From contig JAYKHU010000286.1 in assembly GCA_035285105.1 (NCBI GenBank), positions 1-37,990 on the forward strand: a DNA stretch of 37,990 bases. Direction: 5' to 3'. This stretch comes from Synechocystis sp. (GTDB lineage Bacteria > Cyanobacteriota > Cyanobacteriia > Cyanobacteriales > Microcystaceae). Below are positions 19,127 to 28,220 of this stretch, in pieces. The first letter of the stretch is position 1. Every line of letters starts with the position of its first letter. The position numbers and the translations under genes were made by a program. Under the pieces are notes generated by a model. That model had not been told where the DNA came from. It saw nothing but the letters and a program-made list of their open reading frames with translations, and made no database searches.

Positions 19127-21388
19127 ATGCCCCAATCTCGCTGGCAACTGGTTTCCGCCCCTAGCCCCCCGATCGCCTTTGTTGAACAGGTGCAGCAATA
19201 TTGTGGCGATGGTGGGGGACATTTTGCGGCCCCACTGTTGTGGCAACGGGGCATTCAATCCGCCGCTCAACTCCAAACCTTTTTAGATGCGGATCACTAT
19301 CAACCCACCAGCCCCTTCGATTTTGGTCAGGAAATGAAATGGGCGGTGAAACGGTTAGATCAAGCCCGGCAAAACGGCGATCGGGTGGCGATCTGGGGGG
19401 ATTTTGATGCCGATGGGGTGACCTCCACAGCGGTACTTTGGGAAGGATTAGGACAATTTTTTCCCCAGGGTCGGCAACTGAGTTACACCATTCCTAACCG
19501 TTTACGGGAATCCCACGGGTTGAATAGAGCGGGGCTGGAACGGTTAGCGGCGGAAGGCACCAAAGTGATTGTCACCTGTGACACCGGCAGTACCAACCTC
19601 GCGGAAATTGACTATGCCAATCAGTTAGGGATGGATGTGATAGTCACCGATCACCACACCCTACCGGATGATCGCCCCAATGTCATCGCCATCATTAATC
19701 CCCGCTATTTTGCAGAAAGCCATCCCCTTTATCACCTGTCCGGGGTGGCGGTGGCGTTTAAATTGGTCGAGGCGCTGTATTTAACCCTGCCCAATCTTCC
19801 CCAACAGCCCCTGGAACAGTTATTGGACTTAGTGGCGATCGGGTTAATTGCGGATTTAGTCCAACTCACCGGGGATTGTCGCTACTTAGCCCAAAAGGGC
19901 ATTGAACAACTCAAAAAACAAAAAAATCCTGCCACTGCTACCCGCCCCGGCGTACAAAAATTGCTAGATTGCTGTAACCGCAATGGCGATCGTCCCACGG
20001 ATATTGGCTTTGGCATCGGGCCACGGATTAACGCTATCAGTCGTATCAAAGGGGATGCCAGTTTCGGGGTGGAATTATTGACCAGCCGTGATGCGGACAT
20101 TTGCGATCGCCTGGTAACGGAAACGGAAACCCTCAATGCCCGGCGTAAGGGGTTACAAAAAACCGTCATTGCCGATATTCAAAAACGGTTAGGGGAGGTG
20201 GATGTGTCCACCACGGGGGTGATTATCCTTGCGGACCCCCAATGGCCCCCGGGGGTGTTAGGGTTAGCCGCCAGTCAGATCGCCCAGGAGTACGGTCGCC
20301 CGGTGGTGTTGCTCAATACTCAGGACGGGGACATGGCCCGGGGTTCGGCCCGTTCAGTGGCCAATATTGACCTGTATGAATTGCTCAAAAGTCAGCAGCA
20401 CTTAGTGGTGGGATTTGGGGGTCATCCCTTTGCGGCCGGATTAAGTTTACCGGTGGACAAATTACCCTTATTTAAGGAAGCGATTAACCAACAATTTTGG
20501 CAACATTACAGTACCCAGATCAGCCTAGATCCCGTTTTACCCGTGGATTTAGTGGTAACGGTGGCGGATTTAGGCCAGGGGCTCTTTCGGGAATTAAGTT
20601 TACTGGAACCCTATGGTATGGGCAATCCCGTCCCCAAATTATTAATTGAAACTGTCCGGTTTAGCCAAACCAGTTTTTTCAATATTAAAGATAAATCGGG
20701 GAATAAGGTTTCCTATCTGCAAAGTAAATTTACCATTGCAGATTCCACGAATCCTTCAGGGTTTCCAGGGGTTTGGTGGGGACACCATCCCGATGAATTA
20801 CCCGCCGACCAAGACTGTGATGTGGTGGTGGAGCTAGATTTCAATACTTATTCCCGTAGGTATGAAGTGCGTTTAATTGATTTTCAGGTCAGCCGACCGT
20901 CCCAAGCTCCCCTCCGTCCCGGGTTACCGGAAATTATCGATCGCCGTTCTTTACCCCCTAGTCAACGCTCTCCCTTAACAACAGGCTACCCGGTCAGAAC
21001 TTGCCCCGTGAGTTGGACGGAATTAGCCCACGCCTATCACCAGGCGATCGCCGCCCAGGAGCCGTTAGTGTTGGATTATGATTTCACCCCGGCACCGATT
21101 TCCAGAACCGTAGAAAAAATACAAACCCTCTGGCAACAATGCCAACAACAACCGCAACCGTTTACGCCAACTTTATTGCAAAAACACTGCGGCTTTAGTG
21201 ATTTACTGGCACGGCAAATTGTGACCTTGGTTAACGAGTCCCCTTTGACCCCAACCACCGATCCCCATTCCTTACAGGCAACCCTCAATTCCCTGCAAGC
21301 CTTGATCGCCGAAGAAGCGTTTCAAAAACGCTACTTTAGTCAGATTCCCCTCACGCCAGCTTTCTTGGAAACCGTGTCATCGTCCTGA
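19127..21388 (+). CDS. recJ: ssDNA-specific exonuclease RecJ
   Basis: GDFDADG, TCDTG, TDHH, GPRINA, RGSARS, GGHPFAAG and LEPYGMGNP motifs. Confidence 0.93.
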   Translation: MPQSRWQLVSAPSPPIAFVEQVQQYCGDGGGHFAAPLLWQRGIQSAAQLQTFLDADHYQPTSPFDFGQEMKWAVKRLDQARQNGDRVAIWGDFDADGVTSTAVLWEGLGQFFPQGRQLSYTIPNRLRESHGLNRAGLERLAAEGTKVIVTCDTGSTNLAEIDYANQLGMDVIVTDHHTLPDDRPNVIAIINPRYFAESHPLYHLSGVAVAFKLVEALYLTLPNLPQQPLEQLLDLVAIGLIADLVQLTGDCRYLAQKGIEQLKKQKNPATATRPGVQKLLDCCNRNGDRPTDIGFGIGPRINAISRIKGDASFGVELLTSRDADICDRLVTETETLNARRKGLQKTVIADIQKRLGEVDVSTTGVIILADPQWPPGVLGLAASQIAQEYGRPVVLLNTQDGDMARGSARSVANIDLYELLKSQQHLVVGFGGHPFAAGLSLPVDKLPLFKEAINQQFWQHYSTQISLDPVLPVDLVVTVADLGQGLFRELSLLEPYGMGNPVPKLLIETVRFSQTSFFNIKDKSGNKVSYLQSKFTIADSTNPSGFPGVWWGHHPDELPADQDCDVVVELDFNTYSRRYEVRLIDFQVSRPSQAPLRPGLPEIIDRRSLPPSQRSPLTTGYPVRTCPVSWTELAHAYHQAIAAQEPLVLDYDFTPAPISRTVEKIQTLWQQCQQQPQPFTPTLLQKHCGFSDLLARQIVTLVNESPLTPTTDPHSLQATLNSLQALIAEEAFQKRYFSQIPLTPAFLETVSSS

Positions 21389-21433
21389 CCTGTTATATCT
21401 CTGGGAACCCTGGAAATTAGGCATGAAAACAGG

Positions 21434-22027
21434 CTAATGGTCTAACGCTGATCGCCCTTGCTTACCCAGGCGAAACATTAAAAATGAGAGGAAATAGAGG
21501 ACATAAATGACTAAACCCACAATCCCTAGAAACCCTAAAAAGCCTGGGTTCGTGTTGGCATGGAATAATTCTTTGTAACGCCAGGGGGGCTGTAACCAAA
21601 CTTGGCAAAAGCTGTTATTAACAGAATCTGCCGAAAACCCACAGGACAGAAAAGGAATACTCGCTAAAATGCCGACGCTGCAATAGAGGGTCACGGCCCA
21701 ACGCCAGGTGGTGGTGAAAAACCGGAGGGGGGACGGCGGTAAATCCTTAATTTCATCGTTGAGATCCACCCAAAACCACAGGCTAATGGGGATCAGGCAA
21801 CGGGCAACAAAACCGGTTAGGTAGCCCAGCGACCAACTGGGAATCATAATGTAAACCGTGATCATTAACAAACTTGCCACCCGCCAGTAGATGATCATGA
21901 GGCGATTGATGGCATCGACTTGCTGAAATAATGACCAGCCCAACAAAATCAGGGGCATGATGACAGCGAAAATGACGGCGAGACGATAATCTAACCACAC
22001 CAACGGTCGAAACCAAAGGTCATCCAT
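21434..22027 (-). CDS. DUF3177-like cyanobacterial membrane protein
   Basis: LVWLDYRLAV, IYWRVASLL, SLWFWVDLNDE and RLGKQGR motifs. Confidence 0.75.
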   Translation of the reverse strand: MDDLWFRPLVWLDYRLAVIFAVIMPLILLGWSLFQQVDAINRLMIIYWRVASLLMITVYIMIPSWSLGYLTGFVARCLIPISLWFWVDLNDEIKDLPPSPLRFFTTTWRWAVTLYCSVGILASIPFLSCGFSADSVNNSFCQVWLQPPWRYKELFHANTNPGFLGFLGIVGLVIYVLYFLSFLMFRLGKQGRSALDH

Positions 22028-22108
22028 AGGGCTGTGAAGAAAATACGCGATTTGACTCCCGAAAATCCTACCATATTCGCCTCGTTATATCCGTCTATCG
22101 ATTCCCCC

Positions 22109-22591
22109 ATGCAATGCTATCTCGCTCGCCCAACCCCTTTTATCGTTGATCATTGGCCCGATATTTTACCGGATTGGCCAGGGCCGCCCCAGGCGATCGC
22201 CATTTGCTTGCTCCAGTCCCAGGTGCCCCTCGATCAGGACGGTCTCCCCCAACGTGAGGAAAAAGATCGCTTACTGCAACGGTTTTTAACCTGGGGCGAT
22301 CGCCTACGCCAACGGGAATTACTGCCATCCCACCAGTTAGCCATTATTTCTCCCCGGGATGGCAAACCCCTCTGTTCCCCAACCGGCCCCACCCATATTG
22401 ATTTGGTCGCCACTGTGCATCATTGTTTAGGTCTTCCTTTTGTCCGCACGTCCGACGGTTGTAAGGTTTTACGCCATCCAGCCTGGCGATCAGCGGTGTA
22501 TCCCGGCCTGGCGATTACCTCCCTGACCTGGGATGAGGCTTCCCTTTTTTTCCATTTTCCCCCCGCTGAATGTCCCGAATTTCCATGTTAA
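22109..22591 (+). CDS. MMADHC/CblD-like protein
   Basis: EKDRLLQRF...ISPRDGKP...LG....DGCKVLRHPAWRSAVYPG resembles my recollection of the CblD C-terminal domain (GCCKVIRHxxWG). Start is ATG 22109 or GTG 22034. Confidence 0.65.
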   Translation: MQCYLARPTPFIVDHWPDILPDWPGPPQAIAICLLQSQVPLDQDGLPQREEKDRLLQRFLTWGDRLRQRELLPSHQLAIISPRDGKPLCSPTGPTHIDLVATVHHCLGLPFVRTSDGCKVLRHPAWRSAVYPGLAITSLTWDEASLFFHFPPAECPEFPC

Positions 22592-22688
22592 TGGGGACTG
22601 ACATTCTCTTTGGGACTGCCTATGCTGAAATCAATGGAGGACAGGGTTTCTCCATCATTCAGCACTAATTTAGGTGAGGATATTGGCA

Positions 22689-23525
22689 ATGTTTAACAAT
22701 TTTACCCTGGATACGTTTCGCCCCCGTCAATCTACGGCCGTGTTAACGCTAGCTTTGTTAGTGGGGGGATTGCTCACGCCTTTCGTCGGTGCGGTGGAGG
22801 CAAAGCCCCGCTATCAGCGTGTATCCCCCCCTGCGCGGCCGGCGGTGACCTACTCCAACAATCCCTATCCCTACGCGCCCCGTTCTGACTATCGCCTCAG
22901 CCAACAATATAACGACAACCGTTGGGAAGTTCCGGCGGAAACCTTAATTCCGGTGACCCTTGATCAGGGTAAACCGTTCACCATTAAAAAAGGCGAAAAT
23001 AAATCCCTGACCCTGCGTACTACGACCCCCCTCCGCCAAGCCAATGGGGCGATCGCCGTTCCCGCCGGCAGTGAAATCGTCGGTCAATTCCGTCCGGTGG
23101 CCAATGGGGCCGGGGTGCAGTTTGTGGCCCAACAGTTAATTTTAAGCAATGGTCAGTTTTTAGCCATCAATGCCCAATCCCGAGAATTAGTGGGCTTTGA
23201 ACAGCGGAACCGTCGGGCCAGTGCTTCGGATGTGATTACGGGCACCTTAGCCGGGGCCGGTACGGCCACCGTTATTGCAGGGACCACCGGCGATCGCCGC
23301 ATTGATGCTTTGGAAGTGTTAGGGGGAGCCGCTGCCGGGGCCTTGGCCGGTTGGGGGTTACCCACCGCGGGAATTATTGGGGGCGGCACGGAGGAAGTGA
23401 TGACAGTGTCGAGTCGTGACCTCACCTTGATGTTGCAATCTCCCCTTTACCTGGATGCCGATCAGTTGCGGGACGTTAACCAATCTAATCCCCGTAATCG
23501 CAGTTGGCGGAATGCGAATTGGTAA
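22689..23525 (+). CDS. Exported protein with beta-rich domain and Gly/Ala-rich (glycine-zipper-like) segment
   Basis: Signal peptide ending VEA, IAVPAGSEIVGQFRP and VLGGAAAGALAGW. GAGGA RBS before ATG 22689. Confidence 0.65.
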   Translation: MFNNFTLDTFRPRQSTAVLTLALLVGGLLTPFVGAVEAKPRYQRVSPPARPAVTYSNNPYPYAPRSDYRLSQQYNDNRWEVPAETLIPVTLDQGKPFTIKKGENKSLTLRTTTPLRQANGAIAVPAGSEIVGQFRPVANGAGVQFVAQQLILSNGQFLAINAQSRELVGFEQRNRRASASDVITGTLAGAGTATVIAGTTGDRRIDALEVLGGAAAGALAGWGLPTAGIIGGGTEEVMTVSSRDLTLMLQSPLYLDADQLRDVNQSNPRNRSWRNANW

Positions 23526-23565
23526 GGGACCGCTGTTTGACTCGCTTTAGATGACCTCGACGGAG

Positions 23566-23594
23566 AACCACCTTTTTCAGAGGGTGGTTTTTTT
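23566..23594 (+). terminator. Rho-independent terminator
   Basis: AACCACCTTT-TTCA-GAGGGTGGTT followed by a T run, about 40 nt after the stop at 23525. Confidence 0.85.
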
Positions 23595-23625
23595 GTCAAT
23601 CAAATTTTTATTTTTTTAAAAAAAC

Positions 23626-23667
23626 GTAACATTGGTGACGGTTCTGTGGGCGAAAACCCCGTAATCT
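23626..23667 (+). promoter_or_regulatory. NtcA-activated-type promoter
   Basis: GTA-ACATTGGT-GAC (23626-23639, one mismatch to GTA-N8-TAC) with an A-rich 5' flank, a 22-nt spacer, then the -10 box TAATCT (23662-23667). Confidence 0.6.
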
Positions 23668-23701
23668 TGCCGTTAACTGACTTCCCTAGGAATAAATACC
23701 T

Positions 23702-23902
23702 ATGAATAACTTTCCCGTTGAAACCTGTCCCGTGTGTGGTGTCACCATCGAAAATGGGTCGAAAGTCATTTTTTCCGCTGGCCCCAGTGGTACTCGGGCG
23801 CGGTTATGGGCACGGGTTTGTAATTATGCCAAAAATGCCAGTTGCATTAACCAGGACGAAGGGGTGATCGGCAATGTTGCGAGTAATGATTATTACGATT
23901 AA
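23702..23902 (+). CDS. Small Cys-rich hypothetical protein (66 aa)
   Basis: CPVC...VC...C arrangement, AGGA RBS, and its own promoter downstream of a terminator. Confidence 0.8.
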   Translation: MNNFPVETCPVCGVTIENGSKVIFSAGPSGTRARLWARVCNYAKNASCINQDEGVIGNVASNDYYD

Positions 23903-24017
23903 GCACATTCTGTTAGGGGGGAACTAAACAGAGTTGATCCAGTTTTGCCGAGGGCAACCCCAAACCGCTACAGTGGCGTTAAGAAAATTTTGCCTCGTTA
24001 ACCTGCCTGTATCCCCT

Positions 24018-24638
24018 ATGACCGATCGCCGTCAATTTGCCCCCGCCACCCAACGTAATCGAGAGGCGATCGCCGCCGTCTTACAGCAATATTTACCTGC
24101 CCAAGGGAGTATTTTAGAAGTGGCCAGTGGTACGGGGGAACATGCCCAGTTTTTTGCGCCGTTATTTGCCCCCCGGTGGTGGCTTCCCTCCGACCCCGAT
24201 CCCGTTTGTCGAGACAGTATTGCCGCCTGGCAGGATTATCAGCCCCTGGAGAATTTACAGCCCCCCCTTAACTTAAATGTGACCGATGTTCCCTGGGCGG
24301 TGGAAAAACAATTCCTCCCTGACCCCATAACGGCGATCGTGGCCATCAACATGATTCACATTTCCCCGTGGACAGCGGGCCTAGCACTCTTGGAAGGAGC
24401 GAAACGGATTTTACCGAAAGCAGGAATTTTATATTTGTATGGCCCCTACCGCCAGGACATTGTGGAAACGGCCCCCAGCAACGAAGCCTTTGATCAATCC
24501 CTAAAAGCCCGTAATCCTGCCTGGGGGTTACGGAACCTCGAAACCGTCACTGCTGCGGCCCAGGAACGGAGCCTATCGCCTCTCGCGGTGATTGCTATGC
24601 CCGCCAATAACCTGTCTGTGATTTTTATCAAAGACTGA
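24018..24638 (+). CDS. DUF938 family SAM-dependent methyltransferase
   Basis: APATQRN, LEVASGTGEH, NMIHISPW, YGPY and MPANN motifs. Confidence 0.9.
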   Translation: MTDRRQFAPATQRNREAIAAVLQQYLPAQGSILEVASGTGEHAQFFAPLFAPRWWLPSDPDPVCRDSIAAWQDYQPLENLQPPLNLNVTDVPWAVEKQFLPDPITAIVAINMIHISPWTAGLALLEGAKRILPKAGILYLYGPYRQDIVETAPSNEAFDQSLKARNPAWGLRNLETVTAAAQERSLSPLAVIAMPANNLSVIFIKD

Positions 24639-24668
24639 GTGATGAACCGTTGATGGGTCTAAAGGTCA

Positions 24669-25478
24669 TCAATAATTTTTAATCATTAATTCTTTTCCCT
24701 TGGCAGCCTTACCCTGTCTATAGTTGTTCATTCCATATTGCAAATCCCATTCCACAATCTGGGCAAAATGAAATAGGTCCCGAATTTTGGGGGAGTCATC
24801 ATAGGTAATCAACCACCGATGGGGACATTGTTTCATGGTCTGGGCAAATCTATCGTGGTCAAAGTTAGTATGTAAATTGCCTTTTTTGCCATAAAGCTTG
24901 GATTTTGTAGCACTCCAGTAGGGGGGATCGAGGAAAATAAAAACCTTTTCGCCCGGGGGCTGAATGACAGCGTCGTAGTCAAGGTTAGTGATTTTCACGT
25001 CACATAATATTTGACCGATAGCGTAAAGTCGTTGAATGGACGAGGGGGTAAACCGTTTTTCAAAGGCCTGTTGGGAATAACCACCAGACTCGACGGTACC
25101 GGAAAAGGTAATGCGATTTAACAAAAAGAACCGTACCGCCCGCTCAAACTCATTTAGCGTCAAGTTGTCTTGGGTTAATTCGGCAAATAAAACACGCCCA
25201 TCTAACTGAGTTTGCTTAATTTCACTAATGCGATCAACTAATTTTTTAATATCGTTTTGGGCAGTTAGCCAGAAGCAATATAAATCATAATTCAAATCAT
25301 TGAGCCAATAGGTTTCGACCTGTTCCCCCCATAATTGTTTAATGGCAAAAAAGACTGATCCGCCCCCCACAAAGGGTTCACGATATTCCTTGAAATCAGG
25401 GGGAATTTGCGGCATAATTTGGGAAATTGCTTTGGATTTACCGCCAGGATATCGCAGGGGACTCTTGATAACGACCAT
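24669..25478 (-). CDS. Alpha-class (Dam/D12-family) amino DNA methyltransferase, orphan
   Basis: SPLRYPGGKS, motif I EPFVGGGSV and motif IV FLDPPY. No neighbouring endonuclease. Confidence 0.9.
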   Translation of the reverse strand: MVVIKSPLRYPGGKSKAISQIMPQIPPDFKEYREPFVGGGSVFFAIKQLWGEQVETYWLNDLNYDLYCFWLTAQNDIKKLVDRISEIKQTQLDGRVLFAELTQDNLTLNEFERAVRFFLLNRITFSGTVESGGYSQQAFEKRFTPSSIQRLYAIGQILCDVKITNLDYDAVIQPPGEKVFIFLDPPYWSATKSKLYGKKGNLHTNFDHDRFAQTMKQCPHRWLITYDDSPKIRDLFHFAQIVEWDLQYGMNNYRQGKAAKGKELMIKNY

Positions 25479-25493
25479 GCTGATTGCGTTTTA

Positions 25494-26489
25494 CTATCTC
25501 CCATGAACTTGACCGTCAGGCATAATGGCCCCTTGGAAATTGGCCCCGACCATATTGGCACTCATTAAATCGGCCCGGACTAAATTGGCATTGGTAAAAT
25601 TAGCATCCATTAAATTAGAGCGGGCCAAAAAGGCTTCAATTAATTCAGTTTCTCGGAAGTTAACCCCGCTTAAATTGGCCCGACTTAAATCCGCACTATT
25701 CATCCGTGTCATGCTCAGGTTAGATCCGCTTAAATTGCTGCGATTTAAACACACATGGGTCATAATTGCCCCCTGACAATTCACGCCCATCATCTCCGCC
25801 TGGGGAATTTGGGCCCGCATTAAGTTGGCATTTTGCAGGTTTGCCCCCACCAACCGTGCCCCGGAAAGATTGGCGTCGGTTAATAGCGCCCCCTTCAGAT
25901 TGGCATTCGTTAAATCTGCTTTGCGTAGATCCGCATCCCGCAAATTGGCTTCCTTGAGATTGGCATTGCTCAGATCCGCCCGACTCAAATCGACGCCCTT
26001 CATATTGGCCCCCTGGAGATCGGCCCGACTGAGGATGGCCGCTTGGAGGTTGGTGTAATAACTTTTCTTTTCCTGACGCATATTCGCCCCCCGTAGGCAG
26101 GCACCAGTGAGGGTGGCACCGCTGAGGTCAGCCCCCCGCAAATCCGCCCCAATCAGGTTAGCGTCTTGGATGGTGGCTAAGGTGATATCACTGTCTCGCA
26201 AAATGCCCCCCTGCATCAGCGCCCCATGGAGATTGGCACTACGCAGGTCTGCCGCTGATAAGTCCGCTTGGTTGAGGCTGGCACCGCTGAGATTGGCCCC
26301 CACCAAATTGGCTTGGCTTAAGTTTGCCCGATTCAAATAGGCAAACAGAAAATTCGCGCCCCGCAAATCGGCTTCATTCAGGATAATACCGATTAGATCC
26401 GCCGCAGAAAGATTAATCCCCGGTAATTTTAGCCCTGTGAAGAGGGTTTCACCCCTGTGATAGCGCTGGATTAATTCCTTGGCTTCCAT
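25494..26489 (-). CDS. Pentapeptide repeat protein
   Basis: MEAKELIQRYHRGE cap, long A(D/N)Lxx array and MPDG C-terminal end. ATG 26489. Confidence 0.93.
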   Translation of the reverse strand: MEAKELIQRYHRGETLFTGLKLPGINLSAADLIGIILNEADLRGANFLFAYLNRANLSQANLVGANLSGASLNQADLSAADLRSANLHGALMQGGILRDSDITLATIQDANLIGADLRGADLSGATLTGACLRGANMRQEKKSYYTNLQAAILSRADLQGANMKGVDLSRADLSNANLKEANLRDADLRKADLTNANLKGALLTDANLSGARLVGANLQNANLMRAQIPQAEMMGVNCQGAIMTHVCLNRSNLSGSNLSMTRMNSADLSRANLSGVNFRETELIEAFLARSNLMDANFTNANLVRADLMSANMVGANFQGAIMPDGQVHGR

Positions 26490-26579
26490 AAATTGACTCG
26501 CTGGGGAAATAAAAACACATCCTTTCAATTATTCCCGATGGGGTAACCGAAACCGACACAGAGGGGAATTTCCCCTGGG

Positions 26580-27887
26580 TCATAGCAAGGGTTTGATGAT
26601 TTTAATCAGGGTTTGGGCCGTTTGTTGATATGCCTCTTGCTCCGCCATTTGATTGGCTTGGGCATTGAGTCTCATCTCAAGATCATTAGGGCGTATTTGA
26701 CTTAGGATTAGCTGCTCCACTAAATCATCTAGCCCATAACTCCGGATCATGCCCCAGTCTTGACCATTTTGATCCCAACTTTGAAAGAGGACGGAAAATA
26801 GCAACACCTTCGCCCTTAATGGGTTTGTGTATTGCATGATTTCGGCACGCATATCGAACAAATTATAGGACTTGGGCTGGGAGGGAACGGCGATCGGCGG
26901 GGAGGGGACGGCCGCCCCTAATACGGTGACGATGGGATCTGTTTGACGGGGTTTTCTGGAGGGAGTGTCGTTCAGGAGTGGGGGCAGCGGCGGGACAGGA
27001 ATGGCGGGGAAATTCACAATGGAGGTTTGGAGATGGTCTCGTCCCTGGGGTTGTCTGGCGATCGCCATTGCCGGTTCGGATTTGACCATTTGGGTATTTA
27101 AGGCGGTTTGGGGTTCATCGGAGTCGGCCAGGGCCATGGCGTCTGCATTGTCATATAACGGCTCCATCTGCTTCAGGATCAATTGGGCGATCGCCAAGTA
27201 GAGGGTGGCTTTGTTGATGTTATTCACAATTTGCTCAAAGCCAGACTGCAACTCCCAGGAACTGGGATACCGTTGCCGGAGTTCAAGAATTAAATTGGCG
27301 AGTCCCACTTGTTCAATCACTGCCATGCTATTTTCCCAATAGCCCCGGGCGACAGCAAAAATCAATTTCTGAATACGGACTTGTTCCCTGTGTTGACTTA
27401 ATGTGTGGGCGATGCGTTCTGCTAACTGTTGGGGATCGGCGGTTTGCGTGGTATCTAGCGATAGGGAGGGGGGGGACGTCTGAACCGGGGTCGCTGAGCT
27501 ATTGTGCTGGGGGGCTTCCAACTGGGTATCCTGTTCGGTTAACGGCACGTCAATGGCCCCTTCCGCCATGGCAAACGCGGCATCACTGTGGGAGGTGTAC
27601 ACTGGCCCAAGCTGGTCCAAAATGGTTTTGGCCACCGCCGCATACACCTTGGGACGATTTAACGTCTTCACCAGTTTGTACATGGAAAATGTGAGTTGTT
27701 CGATGCTGGGCTTGACCTGCACCAACTCCGCCAAAAGTGTTTCGGTGGTATGGCTGTTCAGCACATTGGGGTCATTTTCCCAATATTTTTTGCACAAACA
27801 AAATAACAACTTTTTAATCCGCTGCCCTTCATCATGGTCTTCGAGGTAGTGGGCCACCGTAACAAGGGACTCAGGGGGAATAGACAT
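26580..27887 (-). CDS. Hypothetical protein with three repeated helical domains
   Basis: RIKKLLF...YWEN, RIQKLIF...YWEN and RAKVLLF...SWDQ repeats separated by Pro/Thr/Ser-rich linkers. Confidence 0.75.
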   Translation of the reverse strand: MSIPPESLVTVAHYLEDHDEGQRIKKLLFCLCKKYWENDPNVLNSHTTETLLAELVQVKPSIEQLTFSMYKLVKTLNRPKVYAAVAKTILDQLGPVYTSHSDAAFAMAEGAIDVPLTEQDTQLEAPQHNSSATPVQTSPPSLSLDTTQTADPQQLAERIAHTLSQHREQVRIQKLIFAVARGYWENSMAVIEQVGLANLILELRQRYPSSWELQSGFEQIVNNINKATLYLAIAQLILKQMEPLYDNADAMALADSDEPQTALNTQMVKSEPAMAIARQPQGRDHLQTSIVNFPAIPVPPLPPLLNDTPSRKPRQTDPIVTVLGAAVPSPPIAVPSQPKSYNLFDMRAEIMQYTNPLRAKVLLFSVLFQSWDQNGQDWGMIRSYGLDDLVEQLILSQIRPNDLEMRLNAQANQMAEQEAYQQTAQTLIKIIKPLL

Positions 27888-28220
27888 GGGCGTTACAATC
27901 CAACAAACAACCAGGCCACACTGTAGTGACAGACTCCTTTATCAGCTTAACGACTGAAAACCAAAAAGGAAAATTTAACTCAACGGTTACCCCGACTATC
28001 AAGGGAAACATTTCTGACCGTTATGCCAACACCGTTACATTCGATTAAGAATTGTATGGAGTGTCATAACGAGGATGGGGCGATCGCCGTTGCTGAAAGC
28101 CTTAACAAATCTAGGGTTTAGCATTTTATAGGGGATAGGGGAAATGTAAAGTTCCCCCTCGACAGGGTTGGGGCTTTTACCGACAATTTGAAGGAATTAT
28201 CTCCCAGGAAGTGCTTAACA

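Noticed and set aside
25525-26340. Periodic 15-nt DNA pattern and repetitive plus-strand ORFs
   Set aside because: Explained by the pentapeptide repeat codons on the minus strand; not a CRISPR or tandem array.
26562-26576. Palindrome AGGGGAA-T-TTCCCCT as a terminator
   Set aside because: No U tract on either side and only a minimal loop.
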